Source: Octopus vulgaris (lineage: Eukaryota). From it: a stretch of DNA of 64,000 bases. The stretch's first letter is position 1; every line of letters begins with the position of its first letter. Where the stretch lies: NCBI GenBank assembly GCA_951406725.2, contig OX597817.1:148924001-148988000 (forward strand), in the 5' to 3' direction. Below, piece after piece: positions 42,019 to 54,285 of the stretch. The notes below the pieces were generated by a model. It was not told where the DNA came from. It searched no databases and saw nothing but the letters and a program-made list of their open reading frames with translations. Made by a program: the position numbers and the translations under genes.

Positions 42019-45000
42019 TCAGAATTTGGGCACTATGGCCCACTCAAGTAGAGAGTTATTGTTTACAGAGACATATCCAGGTGTAGGGGGTTTATCCGGG
42101 ATTTCTTGAAGGAATCTGTCCAAAGACTTCTTGAACCCTATAGGGTCAGTTTCTGTTTTAATGTGTTTTGGTGTAATGTTAAAGAGAGCGGGGCCAATTG
42201 AGGTGAAATAATTGTGCCGTATTGTTGTTATGAGATGAGAGTGCGATTTTTGTTTTGGGCGGATGGCACGGGGCCCAAGCCTTGGATGTACCTTAAAGGT
42301 GATGCCAACATCATTTGGGCAATGCTGATGGAATATTTTCCACATCATGCAGATGATGTAGCGCTCACGACGACGTTGGAGAGAATAGAGTTTTAGCTTT
42401 TCTAGTCGACCCCAATAGTCGAGGCCTGTCATGCCATCTATCTTTTTTGTGATTGCCCTTTGAGGTGCTTCGACTTTTATGATACCTTGTATTGTGTGGG
42501 GAGACCACAGTGGACAACAGTATTCAAGGTGGGGTCGGGCAAAAGTGGAGAAGAGAAGGATAATGGTGTGGATATCTCTCGACTGGAAAGTTCTGAGAAT
42601 CCAGGAACACATTCTGCGGGCCATGTCAACTTTGGTGTTTATATGAGTGGCCCAGCTTACGTTGTTGTCCACAATTACTCCCAAGTCTCTGATGTTGTTG
42701 GACGCCGCGAGAGTTTCACCTGATAGGAAGGGAGTATGGGAGTTTCAGGGCATCCTCTTTTCCAAAGTGGATTAGCTCAAATTTATCCTCGTTCAGCAGC
42801 ATATTGTTTTTTTCTGCCCATTGGATAACAGCCAGTAGATCTGACTGAAGGCATGTCCGGTCACTCGCCTCATTTATGACCTTCTGTAGCTTGGAGTCAT
42901 CTGCAAAGATTTTTATGTTGCTGTGCTTGATGATGTCATTAATGTCATTAATGTAAATGATGAAAAGAAGTGGGCCCAGCACAGTGCCTTGCGGAACGCC
43001 ACTACTGACTCTGGCTGGGCTTGATTTTACCCCTTCAACTACAACATGTTGAGATCTGTCTGTCAGGAAACACTTAATCCATTTCAGTAACTTTCCAGAG
43101 ACACCAATGTTGGATAGTTTTTTCAATAGGATCTTGTGATCGACCCTGTCGAAGGCCTTACTGAAATCAAGGTAGATGACATCGGTGTTGGAGCCCTCTC
43201 CCAAAGCTCTCAAAATGTCCTCAAAGTGATGCAGGAGCTGCGTTAGGCAGTCCCTTCCATTACGGAACCCATGTTGGTTGGAGATCAGCCGTCTGTTGCT
43301 TTCCAGAAATTGGGTTATTTGAGATCTCACCACCCTCTCAAATACCTTGATGATATGAGAGGTGAGTGAGATCGGACGGTAATTCACTGCAAGGGACTTG
43401 TTTCCCTTTTTGAAAACTGGGACAACAGACTGGGACAGAAGGTTTTTTGGAATATAGCCAGCATCCAGTGAGTTTCTCCACAGATTAGCAAGGGGAGATG
43501 CAAGTTGGTGTCGACACACCTTCAGGACACAAGCAGGGAACCTATCGGGGCCTACTGCTGAATTGTGTTTTATTTCGTTTATCGCCGCTAAGACATCAGG
43601 GGCACTAAACGTTATGTCCGATATAGTGTGTTGGGGGTTGACATCACTGATACAGCCCAGATCGGCCATATCAGGATTGCTGAAAACAGAGCAGTATTGT
43701 TTCTGCAGTATCTCGGCCATGGATTTGGCATTATCTTGGAGAGTGCCAGTTTCGTCAATTAGAGGGCCTACAGTGGAGACAGTGACCCTGCGTTTCCTCG
43801 CAAATGAAAAGAACACTTTGGGGTTGAGTTTGATTTTTTCAATGGCCCACTTCTCCTCAGCTGATCTTTGGTTATTGATGAGGGACTTCATGCATTGTTG
43901 GAGGTTATATTTTTTGGTTTCAAGCAGTGCGATAGCCGTCGAATGTGTGTGTTGCTGTTGGCAGTACTTTAGTTTGTTAATTTTTTTGTTTGTTCTTTTT
44001 ATTTTTCTGATAATGGTTTTTCTGTTTTGGGGGATTCTGCACTTTTTGTTCACAGGTCTTGGTGGGGAGTGTTTTGCACATATGTCTGTGACGGTGTCTA
44101 CAAAGATCTGCCAAGATGTTTTATGGTTGGTGGAGATGTGTGTATGTGTAAAGGACCAGTCAACATTTGATAGCTCGTTCCTGATTGCATCCCAGTTGGC
44201 TTTATGGAGATCCATGTTGTCAAATGGGTGGGCTGGAGGAAGGTCACTAGGATTAGCTTTCGGCTGGTGGAATTTCATGTTACAGAGAACCATGTCATGG
44301 TCTGAAAGAAGGGTTTTTTCCACTGTAACGTTATGTATAGTGTTAGTGTGGTTACTAAACACTAGGTCCAAAATGTTCTGATGTCTTGTTGGTGCAAGGA
44401 CAAGTTGGGACAAGAAAAACTCATTCGTAAAGTCGAAAAGTGACTCTGCTGCTTCTTTGTCAGCGGTTGAGGCGGGAGTGCTTGGTTTCAAACAGTTTGT
44501 AGTCCAGTCAACACAGGGTAGATTGAAGTCTCCCATCATGAGTATGTTGCTAGAATGGCACTGTTGAATAAAGCACTTAATGCTGTTGAGGCATTCTTTA
44601 AAGCACAGTATGGGTGTTTGGGGCGGCCTATAGAGCCCAATCACTGTCAGATCATTGGCTTTGTTGTGCACGGTGACTGATTCACAGTAGCCGTTGGAGA
44701 ATATACTATTTCCATCTGCCGTAAATGAATCATGCAGGAAAATGGCAGTTCCACCCTTCCTCCTGCCGATACGATCCGCGCGGATGGTTGTGAAATTGTT
44801 CACTCTCACTTCGGCTTCCAAGTGGGAGTTGTCAAGGTGGGTCTCAGTGAGAATGAAGAAAGGGATGTGGTGTGAATGGTTACCAACCCAGTCTTCAATG
44901 AATTGGACCTTCCATTTTTGTGCATTGATGGAAGGGCTGACACCTTGTGCATTGAGTAGGAATGTGGAGGTTAGTGTAGTGGCTGGTTTTGACTGTTGCA

Positions 45001-45151
45001 GGGGGCTTGGATTTTTTGTGTGTGTTAGTGGCAGCAATGTGGGGAATTGGTGCACTGGGGTAATAGCATAGGATGGTGTTGAGTGATGGCTAGAATGTTT
45101 TTGTGTATCTCTTTTGCCATGTTCAACATGGCTAAAAAAGAATTTTCCTGC
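42019..45151 (-). pseudogene. LINE ORF2 (APE endonuclease + reverse transcriptase) with a single +1 frameshift at ~42724
   Basis: APE motifs LNAQG, TETHL, YRPP, GDFN, LDLV, SDH; RT motifs NYRPISLT, QHGFR, YLDFSKAFD, GVPQGTVLGP, FADD; removing one base joins the ORFs 42716-45055 and 42019-42684. Confidence 0.92.
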
Positions 45152-46254
45152 TTAGGGAGCAGTTTTTGGCTGGAGGTGTGGTTGCACTGTTGGATAGGGT
45201 TGTAGTTTCCACTTTTGTTGTTGTTGTTTTTGTGTCTTCCTGAAAAGACTGGACCAGCATTACTGCAGCATGGTGTGTTTCTATTTTTATTGTTATTCAG
45301 GTTTGTGTGTTGGCTTGAGGCCCCGTTTCTGTTTGTGCGTCGGGTCCCTGGAAGATGAGTGAAAGGACAGTCACTCAGTAGACATGTTCTCTCACGTTGG
45401 GAATACCGGCAGATTTTGGGACTCCGAGTTGTGTGTGTTTTGAATTTCGATTTACTATTTGGTGGTGTTGATGTTATTGTGGGATGCGTGCTTTGGCCTT
45501 GGCCGGTAGTGCGTCTAGTGCCGGGTAGATGCGTGAAGATGCAGTCACTATTTGTGCAGAGTCTCTGGCGCAGTGAATAGCGGCATATTTGGGGATTTCT
45601 TGTTTGTGCCGTGGGGGGCGCATTCTGCTTCCTATGTTTCTTTAAGTTTTTGTTACTGCAGTAGTATTGAGGTGGTGATGTGGGGGAAGAGGGCAGTGGT
45701 TTCTTATTTGGTTTTCTGTTGGTATTTTTGGTGATAGAAGACGATGGTGGCAGCGGTGGTGATGATGATGATGATAATTGTGTTGGTTGCTGTGAGAGCG
45801 GTGAAAAGATACTGGCATTTAGTGAATCGTCTAGTAAGCTAGAGTTGAGGAGTGGCTGTTGTTGTTCTTTTTGCTGTGGCTGTTGTTGTTGTTGTTGTGC
45901 CTGACCGATGTCAGGTTTAGCCATTGTGCTGGGAACCAGGAGTGGCTCATTCTGTTGTTGTTGTTGTTGTGGCTGCTGATTTTCTAGCTGTTGTTGTTCT
46001 TGAACTGTGAAAATATGTAGAAGCTTTTCATAATGGCCTCTTATCAGTTTGAAAGATACTTCGATATGTTTCAACTTGCTACGAATCTGTTTGACGGATC
46101 GTGTGTTGACCACTTGTGATGTTTTTTCGGCAATCTCATTCAAACACAAGACATTTAGATTTTCTGTTTGGGAAAGAGAGAGCCATGTGTTTATTAAAAC
46201 ATCAATTTCGTTATCAGACCAATTTCGTCTGTTGCAGGCCTGCAAGTTAGTCAT
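45025..46254 (-). CDS. LINE ORF1, 409 aa: Myb/SANT-like N-terminus, polyQ, two CCCH zinc fingers
   Basis: ATG in ACAAACATGA context; RRNWSDNEIDVLINTW...RSVKQIRSKLKHI; CRYSLRQRLCTNSDCIFTH and CRYSQRERTCLLSDCPFTH (C-x8-C-x4-C-x3-H). Confidence 0.85.
   Translation of the reverse strand: MTNLQACNRRNWSDNEIDVLINTWLSLSQTENLNVLCLNEIAEKTSQVVNTRSVKQIRSKLKHIEVSFKLIRGHYEKLLHIFTVQEQQQLENQQPQQQQQQNEPLLVPSTMAKPDIGQAQQQQQQPQQKEQQQPLLNSSLLDDSLNASIFSPLSQQPTQLSSSSSPPLPPSSSITKNTNRKPNKKPLPSSPTSPPQYYCSNKNLKKHRKQNAPPTAQTRNPQICRYSLRQRLCTNSDCIFTHLPGTRRTTGQGQSTHPTITSTPPNSKSKFKTHTTRSPKICRYSQRERTCLLSDCPFTHLPGTRRTNRNGASSQHTNLNNNKNRNTPCCSNAGPVFSGRHKNNNNKSGNYNPIQQCNHTSSQKLLPKQENSFLAMLNMAKEIHKNILAITQHHPMLLPQCTNSPHCCH
45116..45139 (-). 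promoter_or_regulatory. Candidate -1 ribosomal frameshift signal
   Basis: T TTT TTA in the ORF1 frame (45139-45133), followed by the hairpin GCCATGT-TGA-ACATGGC, within the 127-nt ORF1/ORF2 overlap. Confidence 0.65.
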
Positions 46255-46614
46255 GTTTGTTTTTCTTTTGTTTGTTTTCCTTTTGATTTTTGAAAATATA
46301 TATATTCTTTCTTGGGAGTTAAAGAAGTGTATATATATATAAATGTTCTCTCTTAAGGGTGTGAGTTTTTGATTATTTGGTTGTTTGAGGATATTAAAAG
46401 AAAAACAGGTGTATATAACAATTTGTAGTTAAATGAAAACGTACTTACGGGTTTGTAGGCAAACACGTGGTTACAAATATATATATATTTAAGGTCAGTT
46501 AGTTTTGAAGCTGTGTAGCTTGCTACTGACTCGGGAGAGAAACAAATAGACGTCCGTCCAGTTCAACAGTTAATCCACATATATATATATATGTATATAT
46601 ATGTATGTATAATG

Positions 46615-46648
<34 letters not shown>

Positions 46649-47630
46649 CACACACACACAATCATACTTACATACATGAGTTTGTGTGGATATATATGGA
46701 TATATATGTGTGTGGGTATATATGCATATATGTGTATGTGTGTTGCATGTATGTATGTATGTACAAGTTAAAATTAGATTTAACTATTCTGTGATGTGTT
46801 GTTTTTGTTATAAGATATTTTTGTTAGGTTTTTAACTGAGCCACGATATGATTATTGTGTAAATATATACAGAAAAGAAATGATTATCGATAAACAAATT
46901 TCAGAAAGTATTATTGGAAAGCAAGTTAGCCTTCATAACACGCATGTATGTTAACGAGAATGTTTGTATTATTAACGCATCACTCAAATCCAGAATCACT
47001 CGATGGACCATCATCACGTTCTACACACATCGTCAAAGATGGAGCGAATAGATTAAAGGATGATATAAGAAGGTAAATATAATCAAGAAAATAAGGAGAT
47101 TGTTGCTCTGGGGTTTGAGTGAAGTTAGCAGCAATTAATGAGATAATGATGTAAGAGATAAACCAAGTCTTGAAGAAATATCAGTTTTGCTGATCTCTAT
47201 AAAGCAGAAAATACTATGCAAGCACGAAAAAGAAAGTATATATAAATATTCTGTTGATTTATTATCATTTTGTTTACCAAGGTAGGTTGTATTAAATCAT
47301 AAATAAAATAAAGTTTGGATTCTATCTGTTTATTTTAAATCTGCTTGTAATCGGATTACAAGCACTTGCCTAGTCTCCAAGTCAGCATATATATTGAAAT
47401 CTCTTTATGTGATTTTATGTTTTTGTTATTGAATACGAAGAAACGGTTCCTCAGCACTTTGCTAAAGAAACCATAGTGTTGTCATGTCTTCCCATGGTTG
47501 TTTTTTACCGAGCAATATTTTTGATAGATGATTGTAAGGAAAATATTGATATATAGTAGTTCTAGAGATTTGGAGTACACAAGGATGAAACGACGATGAA
47601 AGTTTTTAGTAGAAATACTGGATCGTCAGA

Positions 47631-47868
47631 AGGCGGCGATCTGCCAGAAACGTTAACACGCCGGGTGAAATGCTTAGCGGTATTTCATCTGCCGTTACGT
47701 TCTGAGTTCAAATTCCACCGAGGTTGACTTGGCCTTTCGCCCTTTCGGGGTCGATTAAGTAAGTACCAGTCACGCACTGGGGTCGATATAATCGACTTAA
47801 TCCGTTTGTCTGTCCTTGTTTGTCCTCTCTGTGTTTAGCCTCTTGTGGGCAGTAAAAAATAAGAAATA
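47631..47868 (+). mobile_element. SINE family B monomer
   Basis: 20-bp TSD agaaatactggatcgtcaga at 47611-47630 and 47869-47888. Confidence 0.95.
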
Positions 47869-49884
47869 AGAAATACTGGATCGTCAGACATTAGGATGAA
47901 CGGGTGTGAAAGTGCAGGAAAAGTTGTAGTCGTAGTACAATAAATAGCAGCAGTGTACAATTGGTTTTCGTACGTTTATGACTGAAGAAATGGAGTTCAA
48001 CTGCATGGTGTGGTAGAGAGGCAATCCAGAAAGTTTTTGAATGTTTAGCAGCTGCACCGACAAATATTTCAATAACAACACTTTTATGTGCATCAAACTT
48101 GCATTTTGCAGAGCTAAATATATGCCAATCATCAAGAGAAAATTCTATTCCTGATAATGGCTTTCTTATTTTTGTTATAAGCCACAAGACGGCCTTGATT
48201 GCGCAGACAAATTATATCAAAGCATCTTTATGTTATTAACTTTGTTATGTATGATTTGAGAGACAATTCATTGCTATTTCTAACAGATGAAGTGACTAAA
48301 AGGAGTAAGATGGCTCGAGCTAGATTCCTACTTCCTTTTGGGGAGGATGCGAAATGTTTCAAGCCGTTTAAAAACATATTTAGCAGTTGGAAAACATGAC
48401 CTACAAGTCTCATTTTTCTTTCCAGCAGAATCTCTTTCAGATTAGGCAGATTAGCTCTCCTGTCGAAGTTTATGCTGGATAGAAGAGTGAAGTCATGTGT
48501 CCCGACATCCTGAAGAAAGCTTATCCAAGGCAGCTAAACAATATGTACCACCAGAAGGACAAAGAAAGAGAAGGAGACTTAAGAACGCATGACCCGTCAC
48601 CTCCAAAAAGATCTGAAATTAGCTTCCCCTGAAAAGATGCACAAGACTTTGCTCGAAACCGAAAACAAGGCAGCCATCTTACTGCCCCTCCGTAGATCAA
48701 TATACGAGAAGAACTAAGACTAAATACTATATTGGTATTGGAAATGCATATAACAGTACTTGACACATTCATTCATCAAGTAAAACACGTATACACACAC
48801 ACACACAATGTATATATACACAGTGTTCTTAATGGTCAATGATATACTACTTCGGTCACGAGTGGACAGCCATCATCGTATATATAAATATATAGGTGCG
48901 TGTGTGTATATGTATGTACATTAATATGCATGTATGTATATATATGTGCATGTATGTCGTATGTATGCTAGGGATATAAATACGTTGTAATGTATTTCGA
49001 AGGGAGGACAAAGAATTTTATAGTATTAATATCAAATTTAGTTCCTTGTCAAATGATTACTAGTTTCTTGTTGTGTGGCACATTTATTAAGGACCAGAGA
49101 AAGATGTAACCTTATATGTGTGATAGCTAGCTATTAAGACAGCCCTCAAAGCGGCAATCTGCAATAATAAAATGGTTTGATAAGAACTACGATTATACCG
49201 AGCTTAATTTAAAATGCCACACTGTATGGTTTCTACGTATTAGAATTAATGTATAAAATGAACGAAACAGTAGGAGCAAATAACATTCGATGGTAACTGA
49301 CAGATGTGTGAGCAAAAATCTATTGCCGAGATATCAATAGAAATAGAATAGATTTCTGGCCAACAGGCAGCCAGGTAGTTGTAGCTAAATCATGTGTAAC
49401 CTGTACTAAAGTGGATATCAAATAACAGTAGATATATTCCTCTATCACATCTATGAAGCGTCCAGAGGATATATTCCACTAACACATCTATCAAGGGAAA
49501 TACCTGATAGATTTATGTTGTTTAATATTGGATCGATGTATCAAATGTCATTTATAGGAGACATAACTTTAAAGTGAATACAGGAGGAAGATTAGTATGT
49601 GTTTGCGAATTCATTGTATTTTATAGTGAGTGTGGTATTATGCTGTGCCATAAAACGGGGAGTGTCTGCGCGCAGCTGTTTATGAATATCTGACATCCAA
49701 AGAGAAATAAAGTGAAGATTGTATGAGAATAACTGAGCGTGGACTGATTTATCATATCATACCATTTCTTCGCCTCACTCTCTTTCTTCTAGCTTCTTTT
49801 CCCTCCCTGTATCTCTCAATGTTTCCCTCTCTCTCTCTCTCTCCTCCCCATCAATCGGATATATATCTGTGCACGTATGTATGC

Positions 49885-49966
<82 letters not shown>

Positions 49967-50068
49967 GCACATAGATATACAGATGCAAGCATATTTAGAC
50001 ACACACACATACATATGTTCACAAATCGCTAAAATGTGTGTGTGACTGTGTGTAAGAGGCTATGTAAT

Positions 50069-50100
<32 letters not shown>

Positions 50101-51295
50101 TGTGTAAGTATGTATGTTTGTGTGTGTGTGTTTGTATTTATAATATGTATATATATACATATCAAACAATCAACCTAATATTTATATAGTCATTATACAT
50201 GCACACAGAAACACACATATATGCATGTGTGTGTGAGTAATATTATGTAAGTGTGTGTATGTGTATACAGTGGACCAATGTGTCTAGATATCGTTATACT
50301 CATAGACAGAAACATAGAATCATGCCTGGACGACAAAATGACGAGTGATACGTATTATTGTATGCGTATCTCTATACATAGCCATTAATACTTATATCCT
50401 GGCCGCTACTACTGTACTTTATTGAATAGATATATTGAAAGTTATATGGAGATAGTAATAAAAATTTTACACATTTATAACTATATAGAAAGGTATATGA
50501 CTGATTGATACTATATAACTAGAGTGTGAGAAACTTTAGGTATGAGAGTGTGTATACAGATCTATGTACGTCAATGTTAGTGTGTGTCTGTGTGTGATTG
50601 TATCTGCATGCTTGCACAATCCTATTTGCGTGTTCAAATCCCTACCATATTAATATTTTCTATACTTCCCTTTAATATATGAATGATTTGTGTATTTCCT
50701 TACTACTGCCGCTGTTGTTTTGTTGTTGTTGTTGTCGTCGTGGCCATCGTTGTTGTTCTGTTGTGATAGTGGTCATCGTGGTTGATCTTTCGTACCAGGC
50801 CACCAGGTCCAGTACTAATTGAGCAAGCGCAGGATCAAAGCCATTTCAGCACTGACCATCCCATCATCTTTTGCCAGTGTGTAGGAAACTCACGGTCATA
50901 TCGTACCGTTGGGGACATTTCGTAGCCATTCCCAGCCGGGCCGAGCAGTCAGGTACAAATGCCATCACTAAATTATATCCGCCATCATCCGTAACTAACT
51001 TATTTGACAAATAGAAAACGCGGGAAATGATAAGAAGCTTAGGTAAACACTGCGGCTATAGCCCCGTATCAGGGACCAAAACATTGAGAAGGTCCCCGAT
51101 CACAGTCTGATGACTGCAATCCCCAAAAGGCAAAGAGAATGAAAGAATACATACGTGCACGTATATATACCCATATATATATATATATAATTATCAATAA
51201 TAATATAGGGTGAAAGTAATTAATTTGGAATAATCATTAATTTCACCAAGTAGATTTCGGCATGTAAAAGGCCCATTCAAGGAAGGTTTAAGTAA

Positions 51296-51513
51296 TACTA
51301 AGTAATTAAGGGTTTAGCAACGATTTGCCTCACCACACACCGAATTTAGAAATAGCAGTCAAAGAGTTATGGCTATTCTTTCTACTTAAAAGGGAGATCC
51401 CAGTAAAACCACCTCCCTTTTAATTAGAAAGAATAGCCATAACCCTTTCACTGCTATTTCTAAATTCGGTGTGTGGTGAGGCAAATCGTTGCTAAACCCT
51501 TAATTACTTAGTA
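51296..51513. repeat. Near-perfect palindrome: 101-bp arms, 16-bp spacer
   Basis: 51296-51396 vs 51413-51513, three mismatches by eye. Confidence 0.95.
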
Positions 51514-51516
51514 TAT

Positions 51517-51588
<72 letters not shown>

Positions 51589-51674
51589 GTTTGTTTGTAT
51601 TCCACCTGCCTTCATCTTGTGTTTATTTCCGTAAACCAGCCTTCGTCTTTTGTCTATTTTCATAAAGCTTCCCG

Positions 51675-51722
<48 letters not shown>

Positions 51723-53249
51723 AAAGGAAAATAATGATATAAAATGTGAGCATGCTAAAGATTTCAGTACAGGAATGAGATAAAAAGGTATGTATTGGTT
51801 CGATCTGATTATATGGACACAAAGAGCTCCTTTACATAATTTGGCTGTCTCAAACCCTCTCCCACTCTTTACGTTTCTATCTCTCTTTATCTCTCTCTCT
51901 TTCTCCACGATCTCGTTCATGCTTTTCTCTTTGTTTATCTTTAATGTCTTGGTATATCCCGTATTAACGTATGTGAGGGTCTCATTAATTTCTAAAGTGC
52001 TCAAAGGAATCAGGAGCAAGCTGTAATGTGGCCTTAAGAAAATTACCTAATCTAAGATACGTGTCTATAAAAATTTGTCGGCCCCCAGAATTTATACGTC
52101 ACACACAATATTTTCAGATTCTCTACGCCCTGAGATCAAATCAGCGATGTCAACTTTGCCGTTCATCAATACGAGATCGATGAAAAAATAACAGTCCAAG
52201 ATGGTGGATTAACGAAAGATTAAAATCATCCGACCAGCTGCCTTGAGTTATTTGTTCTGCCTCTTTGCATTCTGAGTTCAAACCTCACTGTAGTCTTCTT
52301 TGGTGGCAGACATAATATGTCTCCCAGTTTAACACCATCATCTCGCACGTTGGAGTACCTTTAACCGAGTTTTGTCTGTTGCAAGCACTTGAGTCATCTT
52401 TCCAGTTTGAGCATACTTGATTGACAACTTCTTGGATCCCCTCCTCGTAATGGATCATAAAAACTACCTTTTACTCCGAGCCAAATATGCTAACAATGCA
52501 AATTATTTTGGTCACCCGGACTTAAGCAAACTGACTAGAACGTAGCTTCTTTTTCAAAATATCCATTATGTATTGCTCAATGAAATATAACATGTGTGTT
52601 GTTTATGTATTGAAGTTGAGAGAAACGTCAGTTTTTATACTCTGTAACAAAGAAGGATTCAGCTGTTCAAGCGACTGGAGATTTGTAACTGCTCCCGCAT
52701 TTTCCGAGCGCGGAAACTACGATATTTCATTGCAGATGCGCATGATACACAGACCATTGTAACGAATGGTCCGTTCCTTGTACTTTGAAGAAATTGGTAT
52801 CATGACACACGCGAAACCAGAACCTGGAAAACTGATATATTTACAAATGTTACCGCGCATTTACGTAGATTACAGGAAACGAGATCAAATTCTAACAAAG
52901 GAGTGCCTATGTTAATGAAAATAATTATATCAATATACAGCCTGTTGGAAAGCCTTATCTCTCTCTGTTCAAACGCTGACTGAACATCATACAATAGAGA
53001 GAATGATTCCTGGCTGAATGTACAACTATGGCCAGAGGCAGGAATCGATGAAGGGATACGATGCATGAACTCATGTTCCTTCACCATCAGCAATGAGGAT
53101 TGGAATAAGCAAGGCAACGCAAGATGCTTCTGAATGTTGTTGCGCGACACATCAATTTATTTGCTATTTGACTGCTTTAATATGTACGATGTGCATTCCA
53201 GATGTTTTGAGACTTTTTTTAAAAGAAGCAGTTATAACTTTTCTAAATA

Positions 53250-53755
53250 ACTGTAACTTTAGTATATTGTTACTGTCCACCTTATAACTTGACTTGCCAA
53301 CTTTTGTTATTACAGATTGAAGAAAACAGCTTGAACAGCACATTGAACACATCCTGTAAACACTGTCACACTTGACTAGTTTGCAAAATGCAATCGGGAC
53401 GGGAAAACAAAATTGGGATTTCACTACGCAATAAGATTTTGTGTTAAACTGGGTGAAAATGCCATAGAGTGCCTATGGATTAATTTGCATGAGCCGAATA
53501 TCCGTTTTTTAGATGGTACAAGAGATTGACAAAGTAAGACTATCGAGAAAACCATGGCGGTTCCGTTTTCGATGGTAAGGGTATCATCTGCAGCCACTGG
53601 ATGCCCTCTGGTCAGACGACCAAATAGAGTACTTTGTGGAGGTTTTAAGTGGGGTGGATTCAAGAAAAGATTTCATCACAAACGACCAGCGATCCTGCAC
53701 CAGAACAATGCACCAGTCTAAAATTCCATCATAGTAGTCAACTACTTGACAGAGA
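53250..53755 (+). pseudogene. Internally deleted mariner remnant
   Basis: YAIRFCVKLGENA (N-terminal HTH), FDGKGIICSHWMPSGQT, YFVEVL, HQNNAPV*NSIIVVNYLT. Confidence 0.7.
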
Positions 53756-53803
53756 GAGAGTGAGATTCCCGCGTGCACACATACACACACACACGTACTC
53801 AAT

Positions 53804-53841
<38 letters not shown>

Positions 53842-54285
53842 GCAATTTAACATGCAACCAAAAGAGCTACAGATCGTTTCATGCCTTTATGACACTAAAA
53901 AGTAGGCGTATTCATAAAATACGCCATGTATCTCCAAGAAAAGTTTCATGCTCTGTTTATGCGTTATATACATATTAAAAAAAAAACAAGGTTGCTGGAC
54001 ACAAAGAGAATAAGAAAAAGAAATGGAGGAGAAAAACGAGAGGAAGTTTGATGGAAAAAAAATGGAACGGGAAGAAAGAAACGAAAGCAAGAAAACCAAG
54101 TCGCGTCTCCTCCCTAATTGGAGAAGCCACAATTAATGCAGCTCCTTAAGGAAAAAGTTCGAGAAAATATGTTAAAGACTGTGAGACGGCAAATTAATCC
54201 TTATTTCAATAACTTTATATTTTCCGAATTACGAAAATGTACTTGCGTAGCAAGTGACCTTTTCTGAGATCGTGTGCCCAAACAA

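Larger units (their letters stand above)
41929..46578 (-). mobile_element. Full-length CR1-group LINE, 4650 bp
   Basis: ~325-nt 5' UTR, ORF1, overlapping ORF2 (APE+RT), short 3' UTR with stem-loop, (TATCAAAG)3 tail; (TA)n on both flanks. Confidence 0.95.

Noticed and set aside
43563-44381. 272-aa antisense ORF inside the LINE
   Set aside because: Mirror of ORF2 with a non-AUG start and no recognisable domain
47400-48780. Short ORFs suggesting a host exon or a piggyBac remnant
   Set aside because: No coherent frame, splice pattern or diagnostic motif
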